Shown in pieces: positions 56,438 to 64,000 of a DNA stretch of 64,000 nucleotides. The notes below the pieces were generated by a model. The model worked only from the letters and a program-made list of their open reading frames with translations. It made no database searches and was not told the origin of the DNA. The stretch covers positions 32,001 through 96,000 of IMG/VR virus record IMGVR_UViG_3300032893_000013. One strand, written 5' to 3'. The number at the start of each line of letters is the position of its first letter. The first letter of the stretch is position 1. This stretch comes from a virus. Position numbers and translations under genes: made by a program.

Positions 56438-57672
56438 TTCTCAATGCTAGAATTATTCCGACAAGCGACTTTACCTTTGGCGTTTCCGTTGAGCTTCCCA
56501 GTGGAAAGTATCGCCATTACAAAGTAACCAATCAATTACTCACACAACTCATCGCAAAAGAAGTTGGCCTCTCTCAGAGTGCCAATGACGTGGCTCTCGA
56601 AGCCGTGCGCGCCCGCGTGAAGCAAGATTTTGGATCGGAGTATGAGCTTGGGTTCGTCAACTTGATTGAAATGAACGATCTTTACAAGTTCCACGCAACG
56701 CGCAGAATGATTCCCCTTCCGGATGGAATTTTCAGTCCCGGCGTTATCGGTGCCTTGCGAGCGAACCATTCCACCACTTATCAATTTAAGTACAAGAAAA
56801 ACATCTCGCGTCTGCCAGATTTCTTGGCCACGTTTTTGGATCGCGTTGTGCAAAAGCTGGCGCCTCCAACCAGTTTCGTGAATCGGCTGATTTCTTCTTT
56901 CAATCGCACGTTGCAAGTATTCTACGGCGTTGATAGCCTATGGGATGATGCGCAGCAGGCATTCGAGGATCGTATGGCGTTCATCGGCCTCGAAGGTACG
57001 GACGAGATGACTGAAGAGGAAAAGAAATACAATGAAGCCGTCAAAGGCAAGTTCTTCGTACCTTATGTTCCGTTTTTTCAACCCAATCATGTGACCAGCT
57101 ACAGCCCAACCGTCTATCTTGCCCGCATTAGTGGCGAAGAGGATCTTGATAAGGCCGTCGCTGACATCAGCGATGATCTTGACCGCATGAATGCACTTGG
57201 ATTGATTTTCGGAAGCCTTTCCATGCCCCGCGTTATGGAGTTGGACAATACGGTTGGAAATGGCAAGAAAGTCTATGCCGTTTTCGCATTCCCGCTCCTG
57301 AATCTAAAGAATTTCTCAAAGGCCCTCAAGCTGGATCATGAATTAACGGCAACGCCGGTTCGCAATCCAGAAGAAGATTCAATCTATGTCCAAGGCTTAC
57401 GCCAATTGAATATCGGAACAGCAGTCGGCGAAGGCGAAACGAGCGGAACATATCCGTATCTTGATTTGGTCGAAAGCGAAGTCATTATCAACAACGCACC
57501 GCTCCCCGAAACTGTATTTGTCAAAGCCGATGGAACTACCGAAATTGTTCACGATCCAGACCGCACATTCAGGCAGGCTGAGCTTGAGAAGGCTTTCTTG
57601 AGTCAGAGAGAAAAGGGACGAAAGATCATGGAAAAGAAAATTGAGGCCGCTAAAAACCTTACGAAGCAGTAA
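56434..57672 (+). CDS. Hypothetical protein (412 aa)
   Basis: Long ORF with ATGA coupling. Confidence 0.8.
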   Translation: MILNARIIPTSDFTFGVSVELPSGKYRHYKVTNQLLTQLIAKEVGLSQSANDVALEAVRARVKQDFGSEYELGFVNLIEMNDLYKFHATRRMIPLPDGIFSPGVIGALRANHSTTYQFKYKKNISRLPDFLATFLDRVVQKLAPPTSFVNRLISSFNRTLQVFYGVDSLWDDAQQAFEDRMAFIGLEGTDEMTEEEKKYNEAVKGKFFVPYVPFFQPNHVTSYSPTVYLARISGEEDLDKAVADISDDLDRMNALGLIFGSLSMPRVMELDNTVGNGKKVYAVFAFPLLNLKNFSKALKLDHELTATPVRNPEEDSIYVQGLRQLNIGTAVGEGETSGTYPYLDLVESEVIINNAPLPETVFVKADGTTEIVHDPDRTFRQAELEKAFLSQREKGRKIMEKKIEAAKNLTKQ

Positions 57673-57674
57673 AC

Positions 57675-58151
57675 ATGCACAAGCCGATTGTCACATACCC
57701 CAATGACGTTCTAAGGAAAATGGCTCTTCCTGTTTCTATGGTGGAGCTAAAAAGCGGTTCCATCTATGAACTTGCTACTCGCATGATGGAAACGATGGTC
57801 GCAGAAAATGGCATTGGATTGGCGGCCAATCAGATCGGCATTCTCAAGCGCGTGATCCTCATTGGAGTTCCAGGCCCAGATGGATTCTTTGGCGCAATGG
57901 TAAATCCCTTCATCCTGAAGTCTTCTGGCATCAAATCTACGCTCGAAGAAGGATGCTTGTCTTTTCCTGGACAATTGGTTAATGTTGAGAGGCCGGAAGA
58001 GATCGAAGTTCAATACTGGGATGTGACGGGCAAAATGCACACAAACACTTTTTCAGGACTCGTAAGTAAGTGCATTCAACACGAAATCGACCATCTGAAT
58101 GGCGTTTTGATGAATGATTATGGCACCCTCCACGAAAAGAGCAAAACATGA
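57675..58151 (+). CDS. def: Peptide deformylase
   Basis: GIGLAANQIG, EGCLS, QHEIDHLNG. Confidence 0.96.
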   Translation: MHKPIVTYPNDVLRKMALPVSMVELKSGSIYELATRMMETMVAENGIGLAANQIGILKRVILIGVPGPDGFFGAMVNPFILKSSGIKSTLEEGCLSFPGQLVNVERPEEIEVQYWDVTGKMHTNTFSGLVSKCIQHEIDHLNGVLMNDYGTLHEKSKT

Positions 58152-58432
58152 ACGAAACGACTGGGTTAGTTTTGATAGTGTTCACAATTTCTCTGGCGAC
58201 CGTGATCCACAAGTTGGTTGATCGTCTTTGGCCTGCACAGCCAATGGACATGAGCGAAGTCGAAGCTCTGGACAACGAGCTTGGACGCCTTCACAATGAA
58301 ATCGGACATTACGACAGCGCACCTTCTTGGGCGTCAAATGAAATCGCACGAATCAACGAAAAATTGGCAGAAGCCAACAAAATTGTAGCCGAATCAGTGG
58401 CAAAGGAGATATTCGATGGACAGCAGGGGTAA
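58148..58432 (+). CDS. Small membrane-anchored protein
   Basis: N-terminal TM; ATGA coupling. Confidence 0.7.
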   Translation: MNETTGLVLIVFTISLATVIHKLVDRLWPAQPMDMSEVEALDNELGRLHNEIGHYDSAPSWASNEIARINEKLAEANKIVAESVAKEIFDGQQG

Positions 58433-58955
58433 TCTGTACGAAGAAAGCAGCGGCATCTTGAAAGACATGGAAAAACAGGGCGTCATCAAAAACGTCTCTG
58501 AAGTTCCCGATCTAGTTCCTTTGACCGACAAAGAGGCCGGTGATGCCAAAAACATGAGCACGGAAGAGCGCCTGAAGCTCTATGAGCAAAAGTTGGCGGA
58601 ACTGCAAGAAGAAACGCTTACGGAACCTTTGACTCGTGCAGAGCGCGAGATGATGAACGCCCTTTCCCTGCAAGCGTATGGGAAACGTCTTGAGTGGCAA
58701 AAGATGCTGCGCAAGGGCGAACTGCGGCCCGAAACCATTCAGACATCGAGCGGCGATGGCATCGCCGGTAAACGACTCCACTACTTCACCGTTGACCAAA
58801 TTCGTCTGACGATGAAAAAAATCCTGGCCGACCGCGAAGAAGCCGCACGCAAGTCGGAAGCTGAACGTTTGGAACGCGAAAAAGCTCAACAAGCCAAAGA
58901 AAAGGAACTTGAAAATGAACAAAGCAAGACGGGAACTGGTACAGAAACTCCGTGA
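58416..58955 (+). CDS. Hypothetical protein
   Basis: AGGAG RBS. Confidence 0.75.
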   Translation: MDSRGNLYEESSGILKDMEKQGVIKNVSEVPDLVPLTDKEAGDAKNMSTEERLKLYEQKLAELQEETLTEPLTRAEREMMNALSLQAYGKRLEWQKMLRKGELRPETIQTSSGDGIAGKRLHYFTVDQIRLTMKKILADREEAARKSEAERLEREKAQQAKEKELENEQSKTGTGTETP

Positions 58956-59181
58956 GAGCGATCCGGCTCTCTCGCCAAAAGACGCCTATTTCTTGACTCG
59001 TAAGGTCAAGTTCACCGGCCCTCTCAAAGACAAGTTGGCCGCAAAAGGTTTGGACGTGTCCAAACGACGCATGTTTACGCCAGAAGAGTTCGGAATTGTT
59101 CAACAAACAATCGAAGAAATGCTGGCCGAAGCCAAGGCTAAGGCGGCGGAAGAGGCTCAAAATGCAAATCCCAATAGTTGA
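58915..59181 (+). CDS. Hypothetical protein
   Basis: In operon. Confidence 0.7.
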   Translation: MNKARRELVQKLRESDPALSPKDAYFLTRKVKFTGPLKDKLAAKGLDVSKRRMFTPEEFGIVQQTIEEMLAEAKAKAAEEAQNANPNS

Positions 59182-59998
59182 TTACCGATCCAACGATGCT
59201 GCGGCCCGATTCATCAAATCAATCAAGGAATCAGGCTTCGGGGTACTCAACAATACGTTCGTAGAGCGTGATCTGCTCAAAAACGTGTATAATGACTGGG
59301 AACACTTCTTCGCCCGCGACCTGGAATACAAAGAGAAGTTCAAATTCAACGTGGAACTTCAAGATGGCTATTTCCCTATCAATTCGGAGAAGGCCAAGGG
59401 CGCTTCAGTCGCCGATCTGAAAGAATTCATTCATCACTTCCCCAATCGAGAAAAAAGTACAATCAAAGTGTCAGACAGCACCAAGGTCCTTTGCATGGCC
59501 CTTGAAGACTTGGCCGTTGAGATTCTTGAGTGGCTTGAGGACGCCGCTCCAAAGGGATTGCCACAAGACTGGGGCAGCATGGTTGGAAACAGCCAACAAA
59601 CGCTTTACCGCGTGATCCACTATCCGCCTTTGACCGGCCTGAAAGCTCAAGAAGGAGCCGTGCGCGCCGCCGCTCACGAGGACATCAATTTCATTACGCT
59701 TCTTCCGGCAGCTACCGAATCCGGCCTGGAAGTATTGAATCGAAAGGGTGAATGGCAAAAAATTCACACTGATTCCAGCAGTATCGTCGTGAATGTCGGG
59801 GATATGTTAGATTTAATGACGGAAGGATTTTATCGCTCAACAACGCATAGAGTAGTAAATCCTTCTGGAGAAGCGGCATCAAAATCTCGATATTCAATGC
59901 CGCTGTTTCTTCATCCGCATCCGGAAACTCAGCTTTCCGCCAACAAAACCGCAGGCCAGTACCTGGACGAACGCCTCAAGGAATTAGGGCTGAAATGA
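59162..59998 (+). CDS. 2OG-Fe(II) oxygenase, isopenicillin N synthase-like family
   Basis: IHYPP, AHEDINFITLL (HxD), VNVGDML, STTHRV, RYS. Confidence 0.93.
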   Translation: MQIPIVDYRSNDAAARFIKSIKESGFGVLNNTFVERDLLKNVYNDWEHFFARDLEYKEKFKFNVELQDGYFPINSEKAKGASVADLKEFIHHFPNREKSTIKVSDSTKVLCMALEDLAVEILEWLEDAAPKGLPQDWGSMVGNSQQTLYRVIHYPPLTGLKAQEGAVRAAAHEDINFITLLPAATESGLEVLNRKGEWQKIHTDSSSIVVNVGDMLDLMTEGFYRSTTHRVVNPSGEAASKSRYSMPLFLHPHPETQLSANKTAGQYLDERLKELGLK

Positions 59999-60318
59999 CC
60001 GCAACGACTGTCAAATACATCGCTCTCGCTGAGATGCGCCGGATCTGGAAATGCTCACTCAAAGCGCGTAATGAGATTTTTTACACCCACCAATACTCAT
60101 TCCTGGCCAAAGCTCTGGGGATGTTTGCGATGATTCCCCTATTCGCGTCAATTGTCGTTTTTCTGGCGGCCATGCTGGGATTCTTTGCCCTGATGGTTGT
60201 TCCCGAAATTTGCTTGAAAACGACAGTGAAATATGTCAAGATTCTGTTGAAAAAGCGGCGATTGAAAAATAACCGCGAATTTTATCGAAAATACTATAAC
60301 CGTCAGGAGAACGTATGA
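59995..60318 (+). CDS. Membrane protein
   Basis: Central hydrophobic segment; ATGA coupling. Confidence 0.65.
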   Translation: MTATTVKYIALAEMRRIWKCSLKARNEIFYTHQYSFLAKALGMFAMIPLFASIVVFLAAMLGFFALMVVPEICLKTTVKYVKILLKKRRLKNNREFYRKYYNRQENV

Positions 60319-60713
60319 AATCTCTGTTCATGTCCGTCGTATTCGCCGCACTCACGGCTTTCACTTTTTCGCACGTTGCCCAAGCTGCAACTGAAGTGAC
60401 TGACCAAAACTACAAGCAAACACTCGATGCGCCAATCTTGAAGGGCGAAAGTGTTGTTGTGGTGTTCTACGCCAACTGGTGCCCTCATTGCAAAAACTTT
60501 GAGCCGATGGTCGCTGCTGCCGAGAAGAAGTTCAAAAACGTAAAATTCACCCGCATCGACGTTGACAAGAATCCGATGCTGAGCAGTCGAATTCGCGGCC
60601 TTCCGACAATGATGCTTGTGAAGGGCAAAAAGATCGTCGGGATTCTCGAAGGCGAAGCTCCTTCTCAAGAAGCCCTTGAACAAACTCTTCAAAAGGTTTT
60701 CGGTAACAAATGA
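60315..60713 (+). CDS. Exported thioredoxin-fold protein (WCPHC)
   Basis: Signal peptide ending AQA; FYANWCPHC; IRGLPT cis-Pro loop. Confidence 0.9.
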   Translation: MKSLFMSVVFAALTAFTFSHVAQAATEVTDQNYKQTLDAPILKGESVVVVFYANWCPHCKNFEPMVAAAEKKFKNVKFTRIDVDKNPMLSSRIRGLPTMMLVKGKKIVGILEGEAPSQEALEQTLQKVFGNK

Positions 60714-61342
60714 GATTTCTTCTCCCCTTACTCGCCACTTTAATTGTGGGATGCGCAAGTACCCCCGCGTACCAGGACGCTTACGCCACAAATCCTTCTG
60801 AATCAGAAGAGTTCGGCGTATATGTCCGCCTCTTTCAGCTTGAAGCAGAGAAGAGGGGGGTTCAACTTTCCATGCCCAATCTCGACCGGAGCCTAAGAAT
60901 TTACAAGGTAGATAATTTCAACGAAGAATTGCAGAAGAAGTACGTCATAGGTCTTTGCATCAAGACTGCCACTGAAGTTGACATCTACATCGACAGAGAC
61001 TCGTGGAATTCATACGACAGTCAGCAGCGTGAGCTTTTGCTGTTCCATGAATTGGGACATTGCGTGCTCGATCTCGAACACGATAAATCGACGGATAGTG
61101 AAGGATTGCCGGATGACATCATGTTCCCGGTGAATTTCGACTCCTACGAATATTACAAATATCGGACTTTCTTCTTAGATCGAATGTTCAAGAAGGTGTC
61201 GAAAAAGAAAGACAATCCTGCGCCTGTAGGAGAAACTGTCTACACATGCCGCTGGGGCCTCAAATACCGAAAGGGAAAAGTTTACCGTGATAAATCTGGA
61301 AAAGATCAACGATATTCTCCAATTTCTGGCCAAAAGTTCTGA
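60710..61342 (+). CDS. Zn-metalloprotease lipoprotein (metzincin-like)
   Basis: Lipobox IVGC; HELGHCVLDLEH; DIMFP Met-turn. Confidence 0.85.
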   Translation: MRFLLPLLATLIVGCASTPAYQDAYATNPSESEEFGVYVRLFQLEAEKRGVQLSMPNLDRSLRIYKVDNFNEELQKKYVIGLCIKTATEVDIYIDRDSWNSYDSQQRELLLFHELGHCVLDLEHDKSTDSEGLPDDIMFPVNFDSYEYYKYRTFFLDRMFKKVSKKKDNPAPVGETVYTCRWGLKYRKGKVYRDKSGKDQRYSPISGQKF

Positions 61343-61667
61343 TGGCTTAAAAGAAGTCAAGGGTAAAGGCGGGATCATTCTCAGCCTGTTGCCTTGGATT
61401 TCTGTCATGCACCTTTATCACACTGCGTCTGAGGCCGAAAAGCGCGTCAAGGCTCTTGAGAAGAGGGCCGAGATTCATGAGCAGCGTTTTGAAGATGAAG
61501 CGGAAAAAGCTGAAGAGCACGCGGTCATCTATGCCGGATCTTCAATCAAGGTCGCCACTGAAGCTCAAGAGCAGGTGGACCAATTCATGTCCCAACAACA
61601 ACTCTATAACCAGGGACTCGACACTCGAATAAAAACTCTCGAAAGACTTTGCCGGAAGAAAAAGTGA
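61287..61667 (+). CDS. Hypothetical protein
   Basis: In operon; GTGA coupling to the next gene. Confidence 0.65.
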   Translation: MINLEKINDILQFLAKSSDGLKEVKGKGGIILSLLPWISVMHLYHTASEAEKRVKALEKRAEIHEQRFEDEAEKAEEHAVIYAGSSIKVATEAQEQVDQFMSQQQLYNQGLDTRIKTLERLCRKKK

Positions 61668-63730
61668 AAACCTTCGGTAGAGTCTTTGAGCAAAACGAAA
61701 AAATCGTTTTGGATGCGGAGCCTCACGTCATGCAGCGGCTTCGTCCCATGTTCGCGCACGCGCAGAACCTGCACAGTTACGGCCAATACACCCACAATCC
61801 AATCGCAATGACTCTCACGCGGGCCGCCGCGAAGGATATTCTTTGGGTGAACACTCGATACAATCTGGACATAAAACAGGACATGATGTCCAGATTGCAG
61901 GCTATGTCATTGGAATATGACAGGATTGTTCAGTCAGTTTCTGACAGCGCAAACGACAAAGAACTGAAGTTGAGCAAAGAAGCGTGGCCGTTCGCCATTC
62001 CGCTCCGTGAGCATCAAATCAAGTTCATGAACATGGCCAAGAAGTCCAAGCGGATTTTGCTTGCTGACAAAATAGGTCTTGGGAAGACATTTTCCGCACT
62101 CTCAATCTTGGCTGAACCGGAAGCCCGACCGGCCATCATCATTACCCCAACGCACCTTTGCAATCAGTGGGACCGCGAGATCAAGCGCCTTTATCCGATG
62201 GCGACTACGCACATCATCAAGGGTTTTAAGAATTACGAGCTTCCTGTCGTTGACATCTACATAACCTCTTATAATCGCTTGGCTCCTTGGCAAGATGTCC
62301 TTTTCAAAACTACTTGCAAAACGGTCATTTTGGAGGAAGCCCATGAGCTTCGCCATACGGGAACTGGCAAGCGCGAAGTATCGCAGATGCTGTCGAAAAA
62401 AGCGGAATATTGCATCGAACTAAGCGGCACTCCAATCTATAACTACGGAGCGGAGATTTGGTCAATCATTGATGTGGCTTCAGAAAACGCTCTTGGAACT
62501 TACGAAGAATTTACATCTGAATGGTGTACTTGGGAGCGCGTGCGCGAGCCTAGCGTCCTAAACTCATACCTCAAAAGCATGGGCTTGATGTTGCGCCGGG
62601 AACCTGAAGAAGTAGGTCTAAACTTCGGAACAACATCCAAGCACGTCTATACTCTTGATGCGGACATGGCAGAGCTTGAGAAGATCGAAGACATCGCAAA
62701 AATGCTGGCCCTATCGGTTCTGTCCGGTCGCGTGGGTGAAAGTGATGAATCTGCCCGAGAACTTGATTGGAAACTGCGGCACGCAACGGGAGTGGCAAAG
62801 GCCCGCCCGACTGCCGAGTTCGTCAAAATGATGTGCGAGCAAGGCGAAAAGGTTGTTCTGGCCGGTTGGCACCGCGACGTTTACGATGTCTGGATGAAAG
62901 AGCTTGAGATGTACAATCCGGTAATGTACACCGGCACAGAATCTCCCCACCAAAAAGATGCTGCGGTAAAAAAATTCATCGAAGGAGATGCGAAAGTTTT
63001 CATCATCAGTCTTCGCTCCGGAGCCGGTCTTGATGGTCTTCAAAGAGTATCCAACACGGTCGTTTTTGGAGAACTGGATTGGTCACCGCACGTTATGGAC
63101 CAAGTGATTGGACGCCTGGCCCGCGATGGCCAAACCAAACACGTCCAAGCCTTTTATCTGACGATTGCGGACGGCGCAGATCCTTTCATGATGCAAGTTT
63201 TGAACGTGAAGCGAAGCCAGCATGAAGGTCTGGTCGAGGGTAAGACGGCAGACGTAGAAATCTTAAAAGACACGAATCCTGGAACTGACCGCGTGCGCGA
63301 GATGGCAAAACAATATCTCACGTCGATTGGCGAAGAAGTTCCAGTGATTGTCGAGGAAGTTGGCCTGATGGGCGATGTTGCGCGGGCATTACGAAAGATC
63401 CGCGTCTCGACAAACACAGAGCAAGAAATGCAAGAAGCCGTCAACAAAGTCCTTCCCGACATGCTACCATCGTCTCAAATTGAGAGAGAATTCAAAATTT
63501 CTTCGCGCTCCAGATTGGACTTTCTTGTCTCAAAAGGAGACGAAAAGGTCGCAATCGAGTGCAAGATCGACTCGACCAAGCGCGCCGAAGTGTATCGCCA
63601 AGTACGCAGATACGTTGAGGAAGCCAAGGTTACATCCGTCGTTCTCTATGCGCCGTGGTCCGGCGTCCCATCTTTTGTCGTTGATGGAACACCCGTAATT
63701 GTTGTAGATCCCTCCTTGACGGCACTGTGA
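61664..63730 (+). CDS. SNF2-family helicase with C-terminal PD-(D/E)XK nuclease-like domain
   Basis: LREHQ, LADKIGLGKT, ILEEAH, LSGTP, QVIGRLARDGQ; C-terminal IERE...RLDFLV...IECK...QVRRY. Confidence 0.85.
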   Translation: MKTFGRVFEQNEKIVLDAEPHVMQRLRPMFAHAQNLHSYGQYTHNPIAMTLTRAAAKDILWVNTRYNLDIKQDMMSRLQAMSLEYDRIVQSVSDSANDKELKLSKEAWPFAIPLREHQIKFMNMAKKSKRILLADKIGLGKTFSALSILAEPEARPAIIITPTHLCNQWDREIKRLYPMATTHIIKGFKNYELPVVDIYITSYNRLAPWQDVLFKTTCKTVILEEAHELRHTGTGKREVSQMLSKKAEYCIELSGTPIYNYGAEIWSIIDVASENALGTYEEFTSEWCTWERVREPSVLNSYLKSMGLMLRREPEEVGLNFGTTSKHVYTLDADMAELEKIEDIAKMLALSVLSGRVGESDESARELDWKLRHATGVAKARPTAEFVKMMCEQGEKVVLAGWHRDVYDVWMKELEMYNPVMYTGTESPHQKDAAVKKFIEGDAKVFIISLRSGAGLDGLQRVSNTVVFGELDWSPHVMDQVIGRLARDGQTKHVQAFYLTIADGADPFMMQVLNVKRSQHEGLVEGKTADVEILKDTNPGTDRVREMAKQYLTSIGEEVPVIVEEVGLMGDVARALRKIRVSTNTEQEMQEAVNKVLPDMLPSSQIEREFKISSRSRLDFLVSKGDEKVAIECKIDSTKRAEVYRQVRRYVEEAKVTSVVLYAPWSGVPSFVVDGTPVIVVDPSLTAL

Positions 63731-63745
63731 AAATTTTGGTATTCT
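63716..63745 (+). promoter_or_regulatory. sigma70-type promoter
   Basis: TTGACG-N18-TATTCT with extended TG. Confidence 0.5.
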
Positions 63746-63764
63746 GTCCTTGGAGGATAGAGCC

Positions 63765-64000
63765 ATGACCACAGTAATCAAGCGTTACGCCAATCGTAAA
63801 CTTTACAACACCCGCACCAGCCAATACGTCACGCTGACCGATCTGTGCGATATGGTCCGCCATGGCGAAGAATTCGACGTGATCGACAACCGCACTGGCG
63901 AATTCATCACTGCCGCGACTCTCACGCAGGCCCTCCACGAAGAAAAGCTGAAATCTGGAAAATTTGGTCAAGTTGCCGACATCCGCCGCGAGATTATTGG
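63765..64000 (+). CDS. PhaR-type (PHB_acc_N) DNA-binding protein, partial (absent from the ORF track)
   Basis: MTTVIKRYANRKLYNTRTSQYVTLTDLCDMVRHGEEFDVIDNRTGEFITAATLTQAL; GGAGG RBS. Confidence 0.85.
   Translation, partial: MTTVIKRYANRKLYNTRTSQYVTLTDLCDMVRHGEEFDVIDNRTGEFITAATLTQALHEEKLKSGKFGQVADIRREII

Larger units (their letters stand above)
1..64000. mobile_element. Segment of a large lytic tailed dsDNA phage genome (SPO1/Twort-like head module, DnaE-type replisome)
   Basis: TerL, portal, prohead protease, MCP, sigma factor, DnaE/DnaB/DnaG/RecA and many short ORFans with overlapping start/stop codons; no host housekeeping operons and no integrase. Confidence 0.96.

Noticed and set aside
1-64000. 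Stop-codon reassignment
   Set aside because: TAA, TAG and TGA all end conserved genes at the expected lengths; coding density is high under the standard code

Overview
This window is a 64-kb segment of a large, apparently lytic dsDNA tailed phage. It is gene-dense and uses the standard code. I found no integrase, tRNA or CRISPR array. Layout: (1) 1-6010, minus strand, accessory/nucleotide genes (partial ThyX, SLOG, DEDDh exonuclease, LemA-like plus membrane partner, DinG-like helicase). (2) 6116-11675, plus strand, accessory genes including a trifunctional kinase-phosphatase-Rnl1 RNA-repair enzyme and a collagen-like lipoprotein. (3) 11705-28483, minus strand, an SPO1/Twort-like head module (MCP, scaffold, prohead protease, MuF-like, portal, TerL, probable TerS) followed by Mre11/SbcD, a candidate GroES, a sigma factor and an SF2 helicase; a small plus-strand islet interrupts it. 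(4) 28578-64000, plus strand, replication and accessory genes: HTH initiator, GroEL, SbcC, Endo VII, dUTPase, T5 A1-like protein, DnaE, SSB, RecA, primase, DnaB, ClpP, subtilase, peptide deformylase, 2OG-Fe(II) oxygenase, exported CPHC thioredoxin, Zn-protease lipoprotein, SNF2-nuclease and a partial PhaR-domain gene. Accessory genes suggest a diderm host, possibly Bdellovibrionota/Myxococcota (inference). The most notable signals are a lambda-O-like intragenic iteron origin in a phage with its own DnaE replisome, two structured intergenic RNA candidates, a late-promoter motif, a duplicated capsid N-terminal motif inside the prohead protease, and a phage-encoded exported redox/protease set. 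All family assignments come from motif recognition by eye; no database searches were run.
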